A stretch of DNA of 53,999 nt from a virus (taxonomy: Duplodnaviria > Caudoviricetes), in the IMG/VR virus record IMGVR_UViG_3300034061_004173, positions 1 through 53,999 of that record. One strand, written 5' to 3'. The position numbers were made by a program, and so were the translations under genes. Shown one piece after another: positions 28,427-37,866 of the stretch. Numbering within the stretch: position 1 is the first letter of the stretch; each line of letters opens with the position of its first letter. A model generated the notes under the pieces. It was given only the letters and a program-made list of their open reading frames with translations, had not been told where the DNA came from and did no database searches.

Positions 28427-31400
28427 TTTACAATTACTATGAAGTTATTTAATAAAACAATAGACAGACAATTATTCAAACAATATTCACTTGGTAGCGA
28501 CCTCTCTAAACAAGAGGTTGTTGTCAAGATTTTCAATCCGACAGGCGCAGGAAATTGGTTCATATTAAACTCTGACCCTGAAGACCCTGATTACCTTTGG
28601 GCTATTGTTGATTTAGGATATGGTGCTGAAGTAGGTTCAGTAAGCCGTAACGACCTTGAAACTTATAGAGGAAGATTTGGATTAGGTTTTGAACGTGATT
28701 TAGGGTTTGACCCTATAAACGCAGAAGAACTTTATCAAGGACTTCGTAACGGGGAATACTATGCTGACGGTGGAGAAATTGAAGTTGTTTATGAGCGTTC
28801 GGTAGGTTCAAAAAAACCAATTAAATTGCTTCTTTTGAATAAAGGTAAAGAGCAAAAAGGATATACTTTTAGTGGCAAAGACCAAGTTGCGGTTCTTGAA
28901 AATTACAATCGTAATAAGCAAGAGGATTTAGAAAGACTTTGGAACTTAAAAGGTTACGAAACTAAATATGCTGATGGCGGGGAAGTATCTTCTCGTTTAT
29001 CAAATAATTTTCTTATTGTGAAAATAAAAGGTAAGACATATAAAACGTGGTTTCCTAATTGGTTATCTATAAATAAAAATTTCCTTGAAAAACTTAATAA
29101 AGAAAACAAAAGTGTTTTAATTGTAGAAGAAGAAAATGGAAATAGTAAACAGTTTGAAGTTCCAAATAGAGATTTAATGGATATTTGGCTAAATGATAAA
29201 TCTGATAAAAAAACAAGAGATGTTTTGATTCAAAAAGCAATAGAGTATAATAATAATTCTTTTGCTGACGGTGGGAGTTTTGATGAAAATATAGAATTTA
29301 AAGATGTTTCTGATGAATATGGAGAAAAATATGAAGTTTTTGTAAATGGAATTTTACAAGGAAATATATCCAAATCTGATGATAAATATTTTGTAAATAG
29401 CGCATCAACAAGAGGAGGCAAATCATATCCAAGTAAGTTTTTTGAATCAAAAGATAAGGCAAAAAAATATATTTATTCTAAAACTAAAGAATTATATGGG
29501 ATAGGCTCTGTTAAAAAACTAATGGGTTATGCTAAAGGCGGAAACATCGCTGATTTTACCGACAATCAACAAATGATTATGAATCAAAATGTTGAGTTAG
29601 AACATCATCACGAGGAATTGGAAGATATTTTAGAAGATAAAGTACCTGTTCCTGCTTGGGTAGTTGCAAAAATGGAAACTGCAACGCAAAACCTTTCAGA
29701 CATTACTCACTACCTTGACGGGCAAAAAGAAATAATGGAAGACCAATTAGAAGAAGATGATGACGATGACGATGATGAAGAAATGGAAACCGAAGAAATT
29801 GAAAACAAAGAAGTTGTCGAACCAATAGTTGTTACTGCGGGAGATAAAACAGAAATTACAAAAAACTTTACAGACGATGCTTGGGATAACTTGAGAGGGT
29901 TCTTGAAAGGAATGGAGGGTATTGACTTACGAGATGACTATACGTTTGATTACAAGGACGAACAGTATGAAGTTGAGCCAATCATTAACTCTGACGAAAA
30001 TGGGGTTTCAAATGCCGTGTTTACGATTTTTGACGGGGACGGAGAAGAAGTAGGAGATATTTCTTATATCCGTGAGGGTGGAAAACAAAAGTTTAATGCT
30101 AACTCGGAATTCTTTAGTTGGAATAATGCGAAGTTTGAAGACGGTGGTTTTATGAATAATGTTTATGCTGACGGGGGATATTTTGATGGTGCAATTCCAA
30201 AAACTTCAAGTTATATGAATACTTATGCTGATGGTGGTAATACCGCAATAGACAACTTAAATAAAAATACAGAATTAAGAGAAAAGATGATTTCTTATAT
30301 TGTGAATATGAAATCCACAAGTCGAATGTCTGATAGACAATATGATGCTTTAGAAAAAAGAATTTCCGAAAAGTCATTTGCTCAATTAAAAAAAGAATAC
30401 GATGCTTTAAAAGGAAATAGTTCTTACGATAAAGGCGGAAGTTTAAGTGAAAAAGAACAAATATTGGAAGCATTAGAAAGTTATGATTCTTTTAATAATG
30501 AATTTGAAGAAGACCAACAATTTTTCGTTACTGATGATTTATTAGGTTTCATTAGAAGTTTAAAAGTTTCTGATAAAGAATCAATTGTTGAAGCGTTATC
30601 TGACTACGATGGAGATGATTTTGTAGTGACATCGCCTTTATTGTCTTTTGTTGAAAATATTAATGTTAGTGGTAATTACGCCAAAGGTGGAAGTTTAGGA
30701 ACTGTAAATCCAAAATACAAAAATTCAATTTTAAGTATGATTAACTATAAAATCGACAAGCGTATTGGAGATTCTATGTCTGATATATCATATACAGAGG
30801 CTTTGAATTTAAAAAACAAAATAAATAAAGACGAGCCTATTTCAAGCAAAGAAAAAAATTATATATCTGAAATGGCTTCTTATTTAAGTTCAAAAAGATT
30901 ACTTGATAAGGTGGCTAATATTTCATATACTGAAAGTTTCGATTTCTTTGATAATATAGTTTCAATGGCTAAAGGCGGAATGGTTGTTACATCTGTAAAA
31001 GATATACCAAATTTCAAAGAAAGACTTAAACAAGGTAGAATTACTTATCGTGGGTTAGGTATGGGAAAATTGGCTAATGATTTTTATAAATTAGCAGGTA
31101 CTTCAGGAACAAGAATTAAAGTTGACAAAAAAGAATATTTTATAACAGACGAAGAGTTTGATATGTTCTCAAGAGATTCTGACGGGAAAATGATTATAAA
31201 ATTTGAAGCACCTGCAAGAAAAGGCTATGCTGATGGTGGTTTTATGAATGGTGTTTATGAAGACGGTGGTTTTCTTGACAAATACGAAGTTGATAGATTC
31301 AAACAAGTTATGAATGGTAAAGCAATCGCAAAATACATTGTAAGATTGCAAGATTCATTCGGAAATAAAGAAACTTATGTTTTTGGAATTAAATTAAAAG

Positions 31401-32068
31401 ACCAATTTAAAGGTTGTGAGTTAGTTCCATACGAAGTTCTTTATGGAAGTTGGTCTGATTCAGGAACTCCTTTTGCTTTAAGTAATTTACAAGTTAAAAG
31501 ATTAGTTCCAAATAGTTTTTCTAATATTGAATTAGACGAACAGGAAACAGAAATGCTTGTGAATAAATTAGTAAATAAAAATCAAGCAGGTGTTGAGAAA
31601 TTTTTAAACTCTCAATTCTTCTATTTAAACTACAATCAAACATTTAAAGATGTTTTAAGAGGACACCTTGCTCTTTCTATTGCAAGAGTTTCAAGTATTG
31701 AATTTGAAATCGTACAAAAATTTGCTGACGGTGGTCAGGTTAGAAGTTTTGATGGCATTTTTGGTAAAGAAATAATTTTCAAAGAAGAACAAGTTGGAAA
31801 ATTTACAATAGGAATTAGTAGTGGGTTTAATAACAGAAGACACGTCTTTATATATGAGGGAGAAGTAGGAAGATATGGTGGAAAAGGATTGCCAAAAGAT
31901 TTTAATATGTCGCCACAACTTTCTGCTGAATTCGCTGATAACTTTTATTCTAATTTAAAACGAAAAGTTGAAAACAATCAAGATTTAACACCTTTTGAAT
32001 TAATAAAAGAAGTAAAGTTTTTGTTTGCTGACGGTGGTTTTATGAATGACGTTTACGCTAAAGGCGGT
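26543..32068 (+). repeat. Dispersed 30-bp coding unit GGFMN[NDG]VYxxGG, 8 copies across two genes
   Basis: Copies near 26543, 26828, 27227 (x2 tandem), 27860, 30134, 31226, 32024; third codon positions vary. Confidence 0.9.
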
Positions 32069-33307
32069 TCTATAAAAAAAGATTGGTGGCAAACTGTTGT
32101 CAATCCAAATGAGGATTTCCATAATTACGACAACAGAAAACCTATTGATTGGGAAGTTGATGATTTTAAAGAATGGGTTGTAAGCAATTCAGATTTAGAC
32201 GGTAACGTAGATAAAGAGGTTTTAGATGTTATAAAAATGCCTAAAAGCAAATTAACTGTTGAGTACTTAAATAAAAACGGAAGTGGTAAAAACAATAACG
32301 AATACTATAAAGAATTTGGAAATTGGCAATCTGCTTTGTATGATATTTTTACTCAAATGAAAAAAGACTATTTGTTTAAAAAATCAAGAAAATATATTCT
32401 TAAAGCAGATATAAAAACCGTTACAGTTAAACGTAAAGGTAAAGAACTTACTTATAATGCCTCTGACGTTTTAAATGGTGCTTATGTACTTGCTAAAGGT
32501 GGGGATATGACTTCCAAAGCAAACTATGTTGGTAAAAATGATGTTGTTGAAGTTGAGTTGAAAGATGGAAGCAAAGTTAAACCTGCTAACGGGTATTGGA
32601 TTAAGAAAGGTGCTGAACCTATTGGGGCAGAACCAACGCCTACTACTTCAGGAAAATCAGAGCCTAAAGTTGGACAAACTTATATCAGAAAAGATATGAG
32701 AGGTAATTGGAAAGCAGAAACTAACGTTGATAATTTTAATGATTACGATTGGAGAGTTTCTACAATTAAAACTTATAGCGGTAAATTGATTTCTTCTGCT
32801 CAAGGTGGAAAAACTGAACTAACAGGTAGTAAAGGTATTGTAATGTTTAAGTACACTATGTACGAAGACCCAAACTATACTTTAGAAGTTTCACAACCAA
32901 GTCGTTTAACTGAAAAGGTTGTTACTGAACAACACGAAAAAGCGTTGGCTAAATTCAAAAAGTTTATGGAAACAGGAATGTTCAAAGGTGGAGGTAAAAT
33001 TTCAAACTTTGACAAACTTTCTGCTAAAGTAGCAAAACAGTACGAGGGAAAACCTGTAAAGAGCCAATACCAAGAAGAGTATGGTAAATTCTACTCAAAA
33101 GAAGAAGCCCAAGAGGTTGGCGACAAAGTTGCAGGAAAAGTAAAAGCAATGCAACCTGCTAAAAAAGAAATGGGTGGCGAAACTAAAAAAATGAGTAATG
33201 GTCGTGAAATGCTAATAAAAGCAAATCAATTGGCTAAAGAAATTCGTAAGGACGGGGAAAGTTGGAATGACGCTAAAAAAAGAGCATTTGCACAATTAAA
33301 AAAGTAA
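28439..33307 (+). CDS. 1622-aa putative polyprotein: N-terminal DUF2958-like domain and about 17 xxxGG-delimited segments
   Basis: VVKIFNPTGAGNWF..VDLGYGAEVGSVS..ERDLGF; YADGG/FADGG/YAKGG/MAKGG/FEDGG repeats. Confidence 0.8.
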   Translation: MKLFNKTIDRQLFKQYSLGSDLSKQEVVVKIFNPTGAGNWFILNSDPEDPDYLWAIVDLGYGAEVGSVSRNDLETYRGRFGLGFERDLGFDPINAEELYQGLRNGEYYADGGEIEVVYERSVGSKKPIKLLLLNKGKEQKGYTFSGKDQVAVLENYNRNKQEDLERLWNLKGYETKYADGGEVSSRLSNNFLIVKIKGKTYKTWFPNWLSINKNFLEKLNKENKSVLIVEEENGNSKQFEVPNRDLMDIWLNDKSDKKTRDVLIQKAIEYNNNSFADGGSFDENIEFKDVSDEYGEKYEVFVNGILQGNISKSDDKYFVNSASTRGGKSYPSKFFESKDKAKKYIYSKTKELYGIGSVKKLMGYAKGGNIADFTDNQQMIMNQNVELEHHHEELEDILEDKVPVPAWVVAKMETATQNLSDITHYLDGQKEIMEDQLEEDDDDDDDEEMETEEIENKEVVEPIVVTAGDKTEITKNFTDDAWDNLRGFLKGMEGIDLRDDYTFDYKDEQYEVEPIINSDENGVSNAVFTIFDGDGEEVGDISYIREGGKQKFNANSEFFSWNNAKFEDGGFMNNVYADGGYFDGAIPKTSSYMNTYADGGNTAIDNLNKNTELREKMISYIVNMKSTSRMSDRQYDALEKRISEKSFAQLKKEYDALKGNSSYDKGGSLSEKEQILEALESYDSFNNEFEEDQQFFVTDDLLGFIRSLKVSDKESIVEALSDYDGDDFVVTSPLLSFVENINVSGNYAKGGSLGTVNPKYKNSILSMINYKIDKRIGDSMSDISYTEALNLKNKINKDEPISSKEKNYISEMASYLSSKRLLDKVANISYTESFDFFDNIVSMAKGGMVVTSVKDIPNFKERLKQGRITYRGLGMGKLANDFYKLAGTSGTRIKVDKKEYFITDEEFDMFSRDSDGKMIIKFEAPARKGYADGGFMNGVYEDGGFLDKYEVDRFKQVMNGKAIAKYIVRLQDSFGNKETYVFGIKLKDQFKGCELVPYEVLYGSWSDSGTPFALSNLQVKRLVPNSFSNIELDEQETEMLVNKLVNKNQAGVEKFLNSQFFYLNYNQTFKDVLRGHLALSIARVSSIEFEIVQKFADGGQVRSFDGIFGKEIIFKEEQVGKFTIGISSGFNNRRHVFIYEGEVGRYGGKGLPKDFNMSPQLSAEFADNFYSNLKRKVENNQDLTPFELIKEVKFLFADGGFMNDVYAKGGSIKKDWWQTVVNPNEDFHNYDNRKPIDWEVDDFKEWVVSNSDLDGNVDKEVLDVIKMPKSKLTVEYLNKNGSGKNNNEYYKEFGNWQSALYDIFTQMKKDYLFKKSRKYILKADIKTVTVKRKGKELTYNASDVLNGAYVLAKGGDMTSKANYVGKNDVVEVELKDGSKVKPANGYWIKKGAEPIGAEPTPTTSGKSEPKVGQTYIRKDMRGNWKAETNVDNFNDYDWRVSTIKTYSGKLISSAQGGKTELTGSKGIVMFKYTMYEDPNYTLEVSQPSRLTEKVVTEQHEKALAKFKKFMETGMFKGGGKISNFDKLSAKVAKQYEGKPVKSQYQEEYGKFYSKEEAQEVGDKVAGKVKAMQPAKKEMGGETKKMSNGREMLIKANQLAKEIRKDGESWNDAKKRAFAQLKK

Positions 33308-33308
33308 T

Positions 33309-33989
33309 ATGAATAAGAAAATATTTTACACAGTAACGTCATTGATTGGAATTACAATCATATACTTTACAGTAAAGAAATTCTTCGGCAAAAAGGCGCA
33401 ACCTGTTGGTAGCGTTCTTTTTGTCGGGGATTCTATTACTGCAATCGAAAGCGGTGGAAAGCCCGTAACTTCAACTTATCCAAACGTCATAAAAAAAGAA
33501 TTAGAACCTAAAGGGGTTAAAGTTGATGTTGTGGCGCAGGTAGGTAAAAAAACTGATTGGATATTAGCAAATCTTACTGAAAAGTTAAAAACCAATAAAT
33601 ACGATAGGGTTTATATCTATGGTGGTATAAATGATATGTTTAGCGGAGTTTCAAAGCAAAGAGCATTACAGAACGTTCAAAAAATGGTAGATTTAATCAA
33701 AAGCAAAGGTGCAGAGCCTTTTGTAATAATTGGTTATGATGCTAAAAGATTTATGGACGAAAACAAGTTAAAGCCATCAACAAATGTTCCTACAAAAGCA
33801 GGAATGATTGAGTTGAAAAACAAATATGTTGATTATCAAAATTCAATAAAAACAACTATTAAAAACGCTACTATTGTTGATAAGTTCAATATTCCAAGTA
33901 GTATGACAAGCGATGCAATACACCCGACACCAAGCGGACAAAAAATCATTGCTAATAGTTTGTTAGAAGACTTGTTAAAAAACATATAA
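33309..33989 (+). CDS. SGNH/GDSL hydrolase with N-terminal TM anchor
   Basis: GDSIT, GGIND and DAIHP catalytic blocks. Confidence 0.85.
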   Translation: MNKKIFYTVTSLIGITIIYFTVKKFFGKKAQPVGSVLFVGDSITAIESGGKPVTSTYPNVIKKELEPKGVKVDVVAQVGKKTDWILANLTEKLKTNKYDRVYIYGGINDMFSGVSKQRALQNVQKMVDLIKSKGAEPFVIIGYDAKRFMDENKLKPSTNVPTKAGMIELKNKYVDYQNSIKTTIKNATIVDKFNIPSSMTSDAIHPTPSGQKIIANSLLEDLLKNI

Positions 33990-34031
33990 ATAAAAACAAG
34001 ATAATAATTATTAGTATTTGTAATATTTTTT

Positions 34032-34039
34032 TATATTTG
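34032..34039 (+). promoter_or_regulatory. Bacteroidota -7 element TATATTTG
   Basis: Intergenic, 33 bp before ATG 34073. Confidence 0.6.
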
Positions 34040-34072
34040 TAGATTAAAATAACTTTATTAAATTAAAACACT

Positions 34073-34579
34073 ATGGAAACAATTAATGATTTGTTAAAAG
34101 CATTGGACAACAGAGTACCTGCTTCGATTGGGAAAAGATTAGACGGTTTAACTAAACTTAATGAAAAATTAGCAGTATCGAGAGCGGAACACGAAGCAAA
34201 TCCAACAGAGGAATCGCAAGAACAATTAGATGAGATTACTGAATTCATTACGGACACCCAAAATGATTTAAGAGATGATTTAAAAGAACTTGTTCAGAAA
34301 AAAAGACAAGAAGCGGAAGTAAAAAGCCGTGAAATTGCTAAAAAAAGAGCAGATTTAAAAGCGAAAACGGAACAGGAACAAGCAGATAAATTAGCCCTTG
34401 AAGCAAAGGAAAAAGAAGAGTTAGAGCAGAAAGAATTATTAGAAAAAGAAGCACTTGAAAACAAACCTCCAAGTGACCCTGAAAAAAAATCAGGAATCGG
34501 TTGGGGTGGTTTAGTAGTAGGTGGTGCTTTACTGATACTTTCAGCAGGTGCAATCAATTATTTTGGAAAAAGACGATAA
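34073..34579 (+). CDS. Coiled-coil protein with C-terminal TM anchor
   Basis: E/K-rich helix followed by GIGWGGLVVGGALLILSAGAINYFGKRR. Confidence 0.7.
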   Translation: METINDLLKALDNRVPASIGKRLDGLTKLNEKLAVSRAEHEANPTEESQEQLDEITEFITDTQNDLRDDLKELVQKKRQEAEVKSREIAKKRADLKAKTEQEQADKLALEAKEKEELEQKELLEKEALENKPPSDPEKKSGIGWGGLVVGGALLILSAGAINYFGKRR

Positions 34580-34747
34580 ATGACCAAAGCGAAAAAAATT
34601 TTATTAATAGTAGGCATTATAGGTGTCGCAATCGGAGGCTTCGCTCTTACGAAGTATCTTACTCGTAACGTTAGAAGAATTAGAGGCGGAACAATTACTT
34701 TACAAGAGTATGAAACACCTGTCGATGAAAAACCTTTAAGCGAATAA
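34580..34747 (+). CDS. 55-aa N-terminal TM peptide (not in ORF track)
   Basis: MTKAKKILLIVGIIGVAIGGFALTKYL... Confidence 0.6.
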   Translation: MTKAKKILLIVGIIGVAIGGFALTKYLTRNVRRIRGGTITLQEYETPVDEKPLSE

Positions 34748-34751
34748 TATT

Positions 34752-35459
34752 ATGGGAAAGTACACTAAAGTAGAGATGAAAGTCCCTGACGTTAATAGAA
34801 GTTTTTCGCAAGGGAATTTTAAATATTCAGATAAGGGGGTTATTAAAGGCAATAAATCTTTGTTAGATAAAGTTCTTAAAGATTACTCTAAATTTATTAC
34901 CACTTGGGGAGAAGAATTTGAAATCGACAATTCAATAATTGCAGGTTTTATATGCACAGAAAGTGGCGTTACTAATGCACCGCCTAATAGATTTGATGCA
35001 ACGGGTCTTATGCAAGTTACTCCAAATACTGTTTGGGAAATACTTGCTAAATGGCAAGTTATGGTTAAATCCCCTCTTTCGGATAAAGCCAAATCTTTTT
35101 TCAACAAAGCAATTCCGTCAAGTAAAAGTTATAATCCAAATAAATTACCAACATCGGCAATAAGAAGCGAAATACGGGTAGCACTACAAAGAAATTCTGA
35201 ATTCAATATAGCAATTGGTACTGCGGTTTTAAGATGGCTTTTAGAGGCGTTTAAAGACGGAGATGTCGCACACTTAAACAAGGTAATGGTTTCTTACAAC
35301 GCAGGTTACTACTCTATGAGAAATAAAGTTAAAGGTAAAATGACAACGGAGCAACTATTAAATAACAGAACCATACCTTTAGAGAGTAGAGGTTATTTGT
35401 TAAAAATGTTAGGCGTAAATGGGTTTTTAGATTTGTGGTTTAAAAACGATTATAAATAA
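34752..35459 (+). CDS. Lytic transglycosylase (SLT, lysozyme fold)
   Basis: ICTESG (catalytic E), ATGLMQV, SYNAG. Confidence 0.85.
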   Translation: MGKYTKVEMKVPDVNRSFSQGNFKYSDKGVIKGNKSLLDKVLKDYSKFITTWGEEFEIDNSIIAGFICTESGVTNAPPNRFDATGLMQVTPNTVWEILAKWQVMVKSPLSDKAKSFFNKAIPSSKSYNPNKLPTSAIRSEIRVALQRNSEFNIAIGTAVLRWLLEAFKDGDVAHLNKVMVSYNAGYYSMRNKVKGKMTTEQLLNNRTIPLESRGYLLKMLGVNGFLDLWFKNDYK

Positions 35460-35474
35460 TTAAAATTAAATGTT

Positions 35475-35600
35475 ATGAATAAAGGTTATATTATTGCAGG
35501 GATAGTTGTTATAGGTGCTATTGTTTTTATTTGGAATAGCACACCTAAAAAAAACAAAGATGGCTTTTATAGTGCAAGTGGTTGTGGTTGTGGAGAATAA
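35475..35600 (+). CDS. 41-aa TM peptide, paralog of the 49719/50006/50390 family (not in ORF track)
   Basis: MNKGYIIAGIVVIGAIVFIWNSTPKKNKDGFYSASGCGCGE. Confidence 0.65.
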   Translation: MNKGYIIAGIVVIGAIVFIWNSTPKKNKDGFYSASGCGCGE

Positions 35601-35893
35601 TGGCTTATAAAATTTTACCATATTCAAAAGCACAGGCAGATATATTGAGGGTTGAAATAAAGCCCTCAACTAACAGGCTGAAAAAAATTGATGTTTTTAA
35701 GAATGGTAAAAAAGTTGCTTCAATAGGGGCTTTGGGTATGAATGATTACCCGACCTACTTGGAGAAAGAAAAGAAAGGGTATTTTCCGAAAGGATATGCT
35801 AAAGAAAGACGTAGGTTGTACAAGCAAAGACACGAAAAAGACCGACACAAAGTCGGAACAAACGGTTGGTATGCTGATAAAATATTGTGGTAA
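35600..35893 (+). CDS. Basic protein, DUF5754-like; true start is probably ATG 35600
   Basis: KKIDVF..IGALGMNDYPTY..RRRLYKQRH..WYADKILW. Confidence 0.55.
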   Translation: MAYKILPYSKAQADILRVEIKPSTNRLKKIDVFKNGKKVASIGALGMNDYPTYLEKEKKGYFPKGYAKERRRLYKQRHEKDRHKVGTNGWYADKILW

Positions 35894-36538
35894 ATGGTTT
35901 TGATATACGAAGATAAAGTACCTGCTTCTTATAGGAGTGGTTTTATAAAAAAAGTTAAGGAGGTTTCAAGTAAGTTGCAAATTGACCCAAATTGGTTAAT
36001 GGCAATTATGTATTTTGAAACTGCAAGAACCTTTAGTCCATCGAAAGGCAATAATATTGGTTGTTATGGTTTAATTCAATTTTGTCCCGATAAAGGAAAA
36101 AACTATAAAACAATAAACGGTAAACGATATTTTATTTCAGACATTGCTAAAATGAATTATTCTGAACAATTAGATTTAGTTTTCGAGTATTATAAGCGTT
36201 ACGCAGGTAAGTTAAAAAACTATACAGATACATATTTTGTAACATTTTTTCCTATTGCAATTGGAAAACCTGACGATTGGGTTATTCAGGGATTAGGTTT
36301 GTCGGCAGGTGCAATTTATAACGCAAATCCTGCTTTCCGTCAAGTAAAAGACGGTAAATTAAGAGTTTGGGAAGTAAAGAAAAAAATATTAGAACAACTA
36401 CCGAGCGAATGGCTTAAAGAGGGAAGTTTTGGTTTAGCAGTTAAAGCATACAAAAATTACATAGCGGTTGGTGTTTTATCAATAATCGCAGGAGCAACAT
36501 TATTTTATTATAGTTATGGAAGAAGCAGTTCAAAATAG
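35894..36538 (+). CDS. Lysozyme-fold muralytic enzyme with C-terminal TM anchor (probably virion-associated)
   Basis: LMAIMYFET..GLIQF..EQLDLV; hydrophobic C-terminus. Confidence 0.7.
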   Translation: MVLIYEDKVPASYRSGFIKKVKEVSSKLQIDPNWLMAIMYFETARTFSPSKGNNIGCYGLIQFCPDKGKNYKTINGKRYFISDIAKMNYSEQLDLVFEYYKRYAGKLKNYTDTYFVTFFPIAIGKPDDWVIQGLGLSAGAIYNANPAFRQVKDGKLRVWEVKKKILEQLPSEWLKEGSFGLAVKAYKNYIAVGVLSIIAGATLFYYSYGRSSSK

Positions 36539-36707
36539 TCAAGTAGGCACTCAAAATCCCTCAAATGACGAAAAAAATAAGCAACAAACGCAATCAAAAA
36601 CACATCAGCATTTATCTACAATATTTGTTGTAGTTGGTATTGTGTCTTTTACATTAGGGGCTATTGTTAATTATTACACGATTAAAAGAATAACAGGAGG
36701 GAAATAA
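36516..36707 (+). CDS. Small C-terminal TM protein
   Basis: IFVVVGIVSFTLGAIVNYY. Confidence 0.6.
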   Translation: MEEAVQNSQVGTQNPSNDEKNKQQTQSKTHQHLSTIFVVVGIVSFTLGAIVNYYTIKRITGGK

Positions 36708-36709
36708 TA

Positions 36710-37144
36710 ATGAAGATATTTGGACAAGTTTTAGATACTCATAATCAGCCAATGGCTTTGGCTAACATTGTTATTGTTACTGAAGATAAATCGAATGAAA
36801 TTGGGGAACAATCAGACTTGGACGGAAATTTTGTTTTAGATAGTGAAATGATAAATTCTGATTCAGAGTTTAAAGTTTCTTATATTGGCTATGTTTCTCA
36901 AATTTTTAAGGCAAGTGAACTTCAAGGTAAAAAAATAAAGTTGAAAAATGAAGATGAGGTTATTGATAATTCAGTAATTGAATTAGGGGTAATCGGAAAG
37001 CCTAAAAATAACGAAAGTAAAGAGTTAAGTTCTAACAAAGGTAAGTTTGTTGAGCATTTACAAAAACATAGATTTATTTATGGTGGATTAGGTGCTTTGG
37101 CGGGAATAATCTTAATAGTAAGAGCATTTAAAAATAAAAAATAG
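36710..37144 (+). CDS. Carboxypeptidase-regulatory-like (transthyretin-fold) domain with C-terminal TM
   Basis: IFGQVLD..PMALANI..SDLDGNF..VSYIGY. Confidence 0.7.
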   Translation: MKIFGQVLDTHNQPMALANIVIVTEDKSNEIGEQSDLDGNFVLDSEMINSDSEFKVSYIGYVSQIFKASELQGKKIKLKNEDEVIDNSVIELGVIGKPKNNESKELSSNKGKFVEHLQKHRFIYGGLGALAGIILIVRAFKNKK

Positions 37145-37149
37145 GAATT

Positions 37150-37860
37150 ATGAATGTAGCAAAACTATCCGCAAGTACAAGAATGGCATTAAATAATAAT
37201 TTCGGATTTCCAAAAGGGGAAAACGGAACTATTGGTGCATTTGTTAAGGTAAGTAAAAACATCGACAAAGAATTAAAAGATTTAGGGGCTACTATTCCAA
37301 GTGATTTTTTTGGTCAAGCAAGAGGAGAACTTTTTGGAATTCGTTTCCCAATTAATTCACTTGATAAAATATCAGAAATTGATGGTCTTGTTAATCTTGA
37401 AATTGAACAAAAATTAACTATGAACCCTCCGAGAACAAATTCGCAAATAGATAATGATTTAAACAAACAGTATCAAGATGCTAAAAATCAGCAAATTAGA
37501 AAATATAAAGTTAATAAAAGAACTGATATTCTAAAAGTTAATCCAAATAAAAAAGATATATTTGGAGATGCGGGAACTGATGTTATTGGCACTCTTGAAG
37601 CAGGAGATGTCATTGAAATTGCAAAAACAGGTGGCGGAGGTCGTGGTGCAGTAATGACACCATATCTTATTTTTTCTGATGATACTTATATTATAGGCTA
37701 TGATGCAGATAAAGTAGATGATTCAACCCCGTTGACTTCTAAATTAATTTTAGAAACAAGATTAAAACCAATTTCATTTTTACAAAAAAACAAAACTAAT
37801 TTACTAATAGTTGGTGCATTAGTTTTAGGATATTTAGCATATAAAAAGTTTAATAAGTAA
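37150..37860 (+). CDS. Membrane-anchored protein: S8-prodomain-like N-terminus, SH3-like domain, shared C-terminal anchor
   Basis: KLS..AFVKV..LKDLGA..IRFPINSLDKISEIDGL; VIGTLEAGDVIEI; KNKTNLLIVGALVLGYLAYKKFNK. Confidence 0.55.
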   Translation: MNVAKLSASTRMALNNNFGFPKGENGTIGAFVKVSKNIDKELKDLGATIPSDFFGQARGELFGIRFPINSLDKISEIDGLVNLEIEQKLTMNPPRTNSQIDNDLNKQYQDAKNQQIRKYKVNKRTDILKVNPNKKDIFGDAGTDVIGTLEAGDVIEIAKTGGGGRGAVMTPYLIFSDDTYIIGYDADKVDDSTPLTSKLILETRLKPISFLQKNKTNLLIVGALVLGYLAYKKFNK

Positions 37861-37866
37861 AAATTT

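Noticed and set aside
26543-32068. Repeat-spacer look of the GG units as a CRISPR array
   Set aside because: Units are in-frame coding and vary at synonymous sites; spacers are irregular and often hundreds of bp; no cas genes
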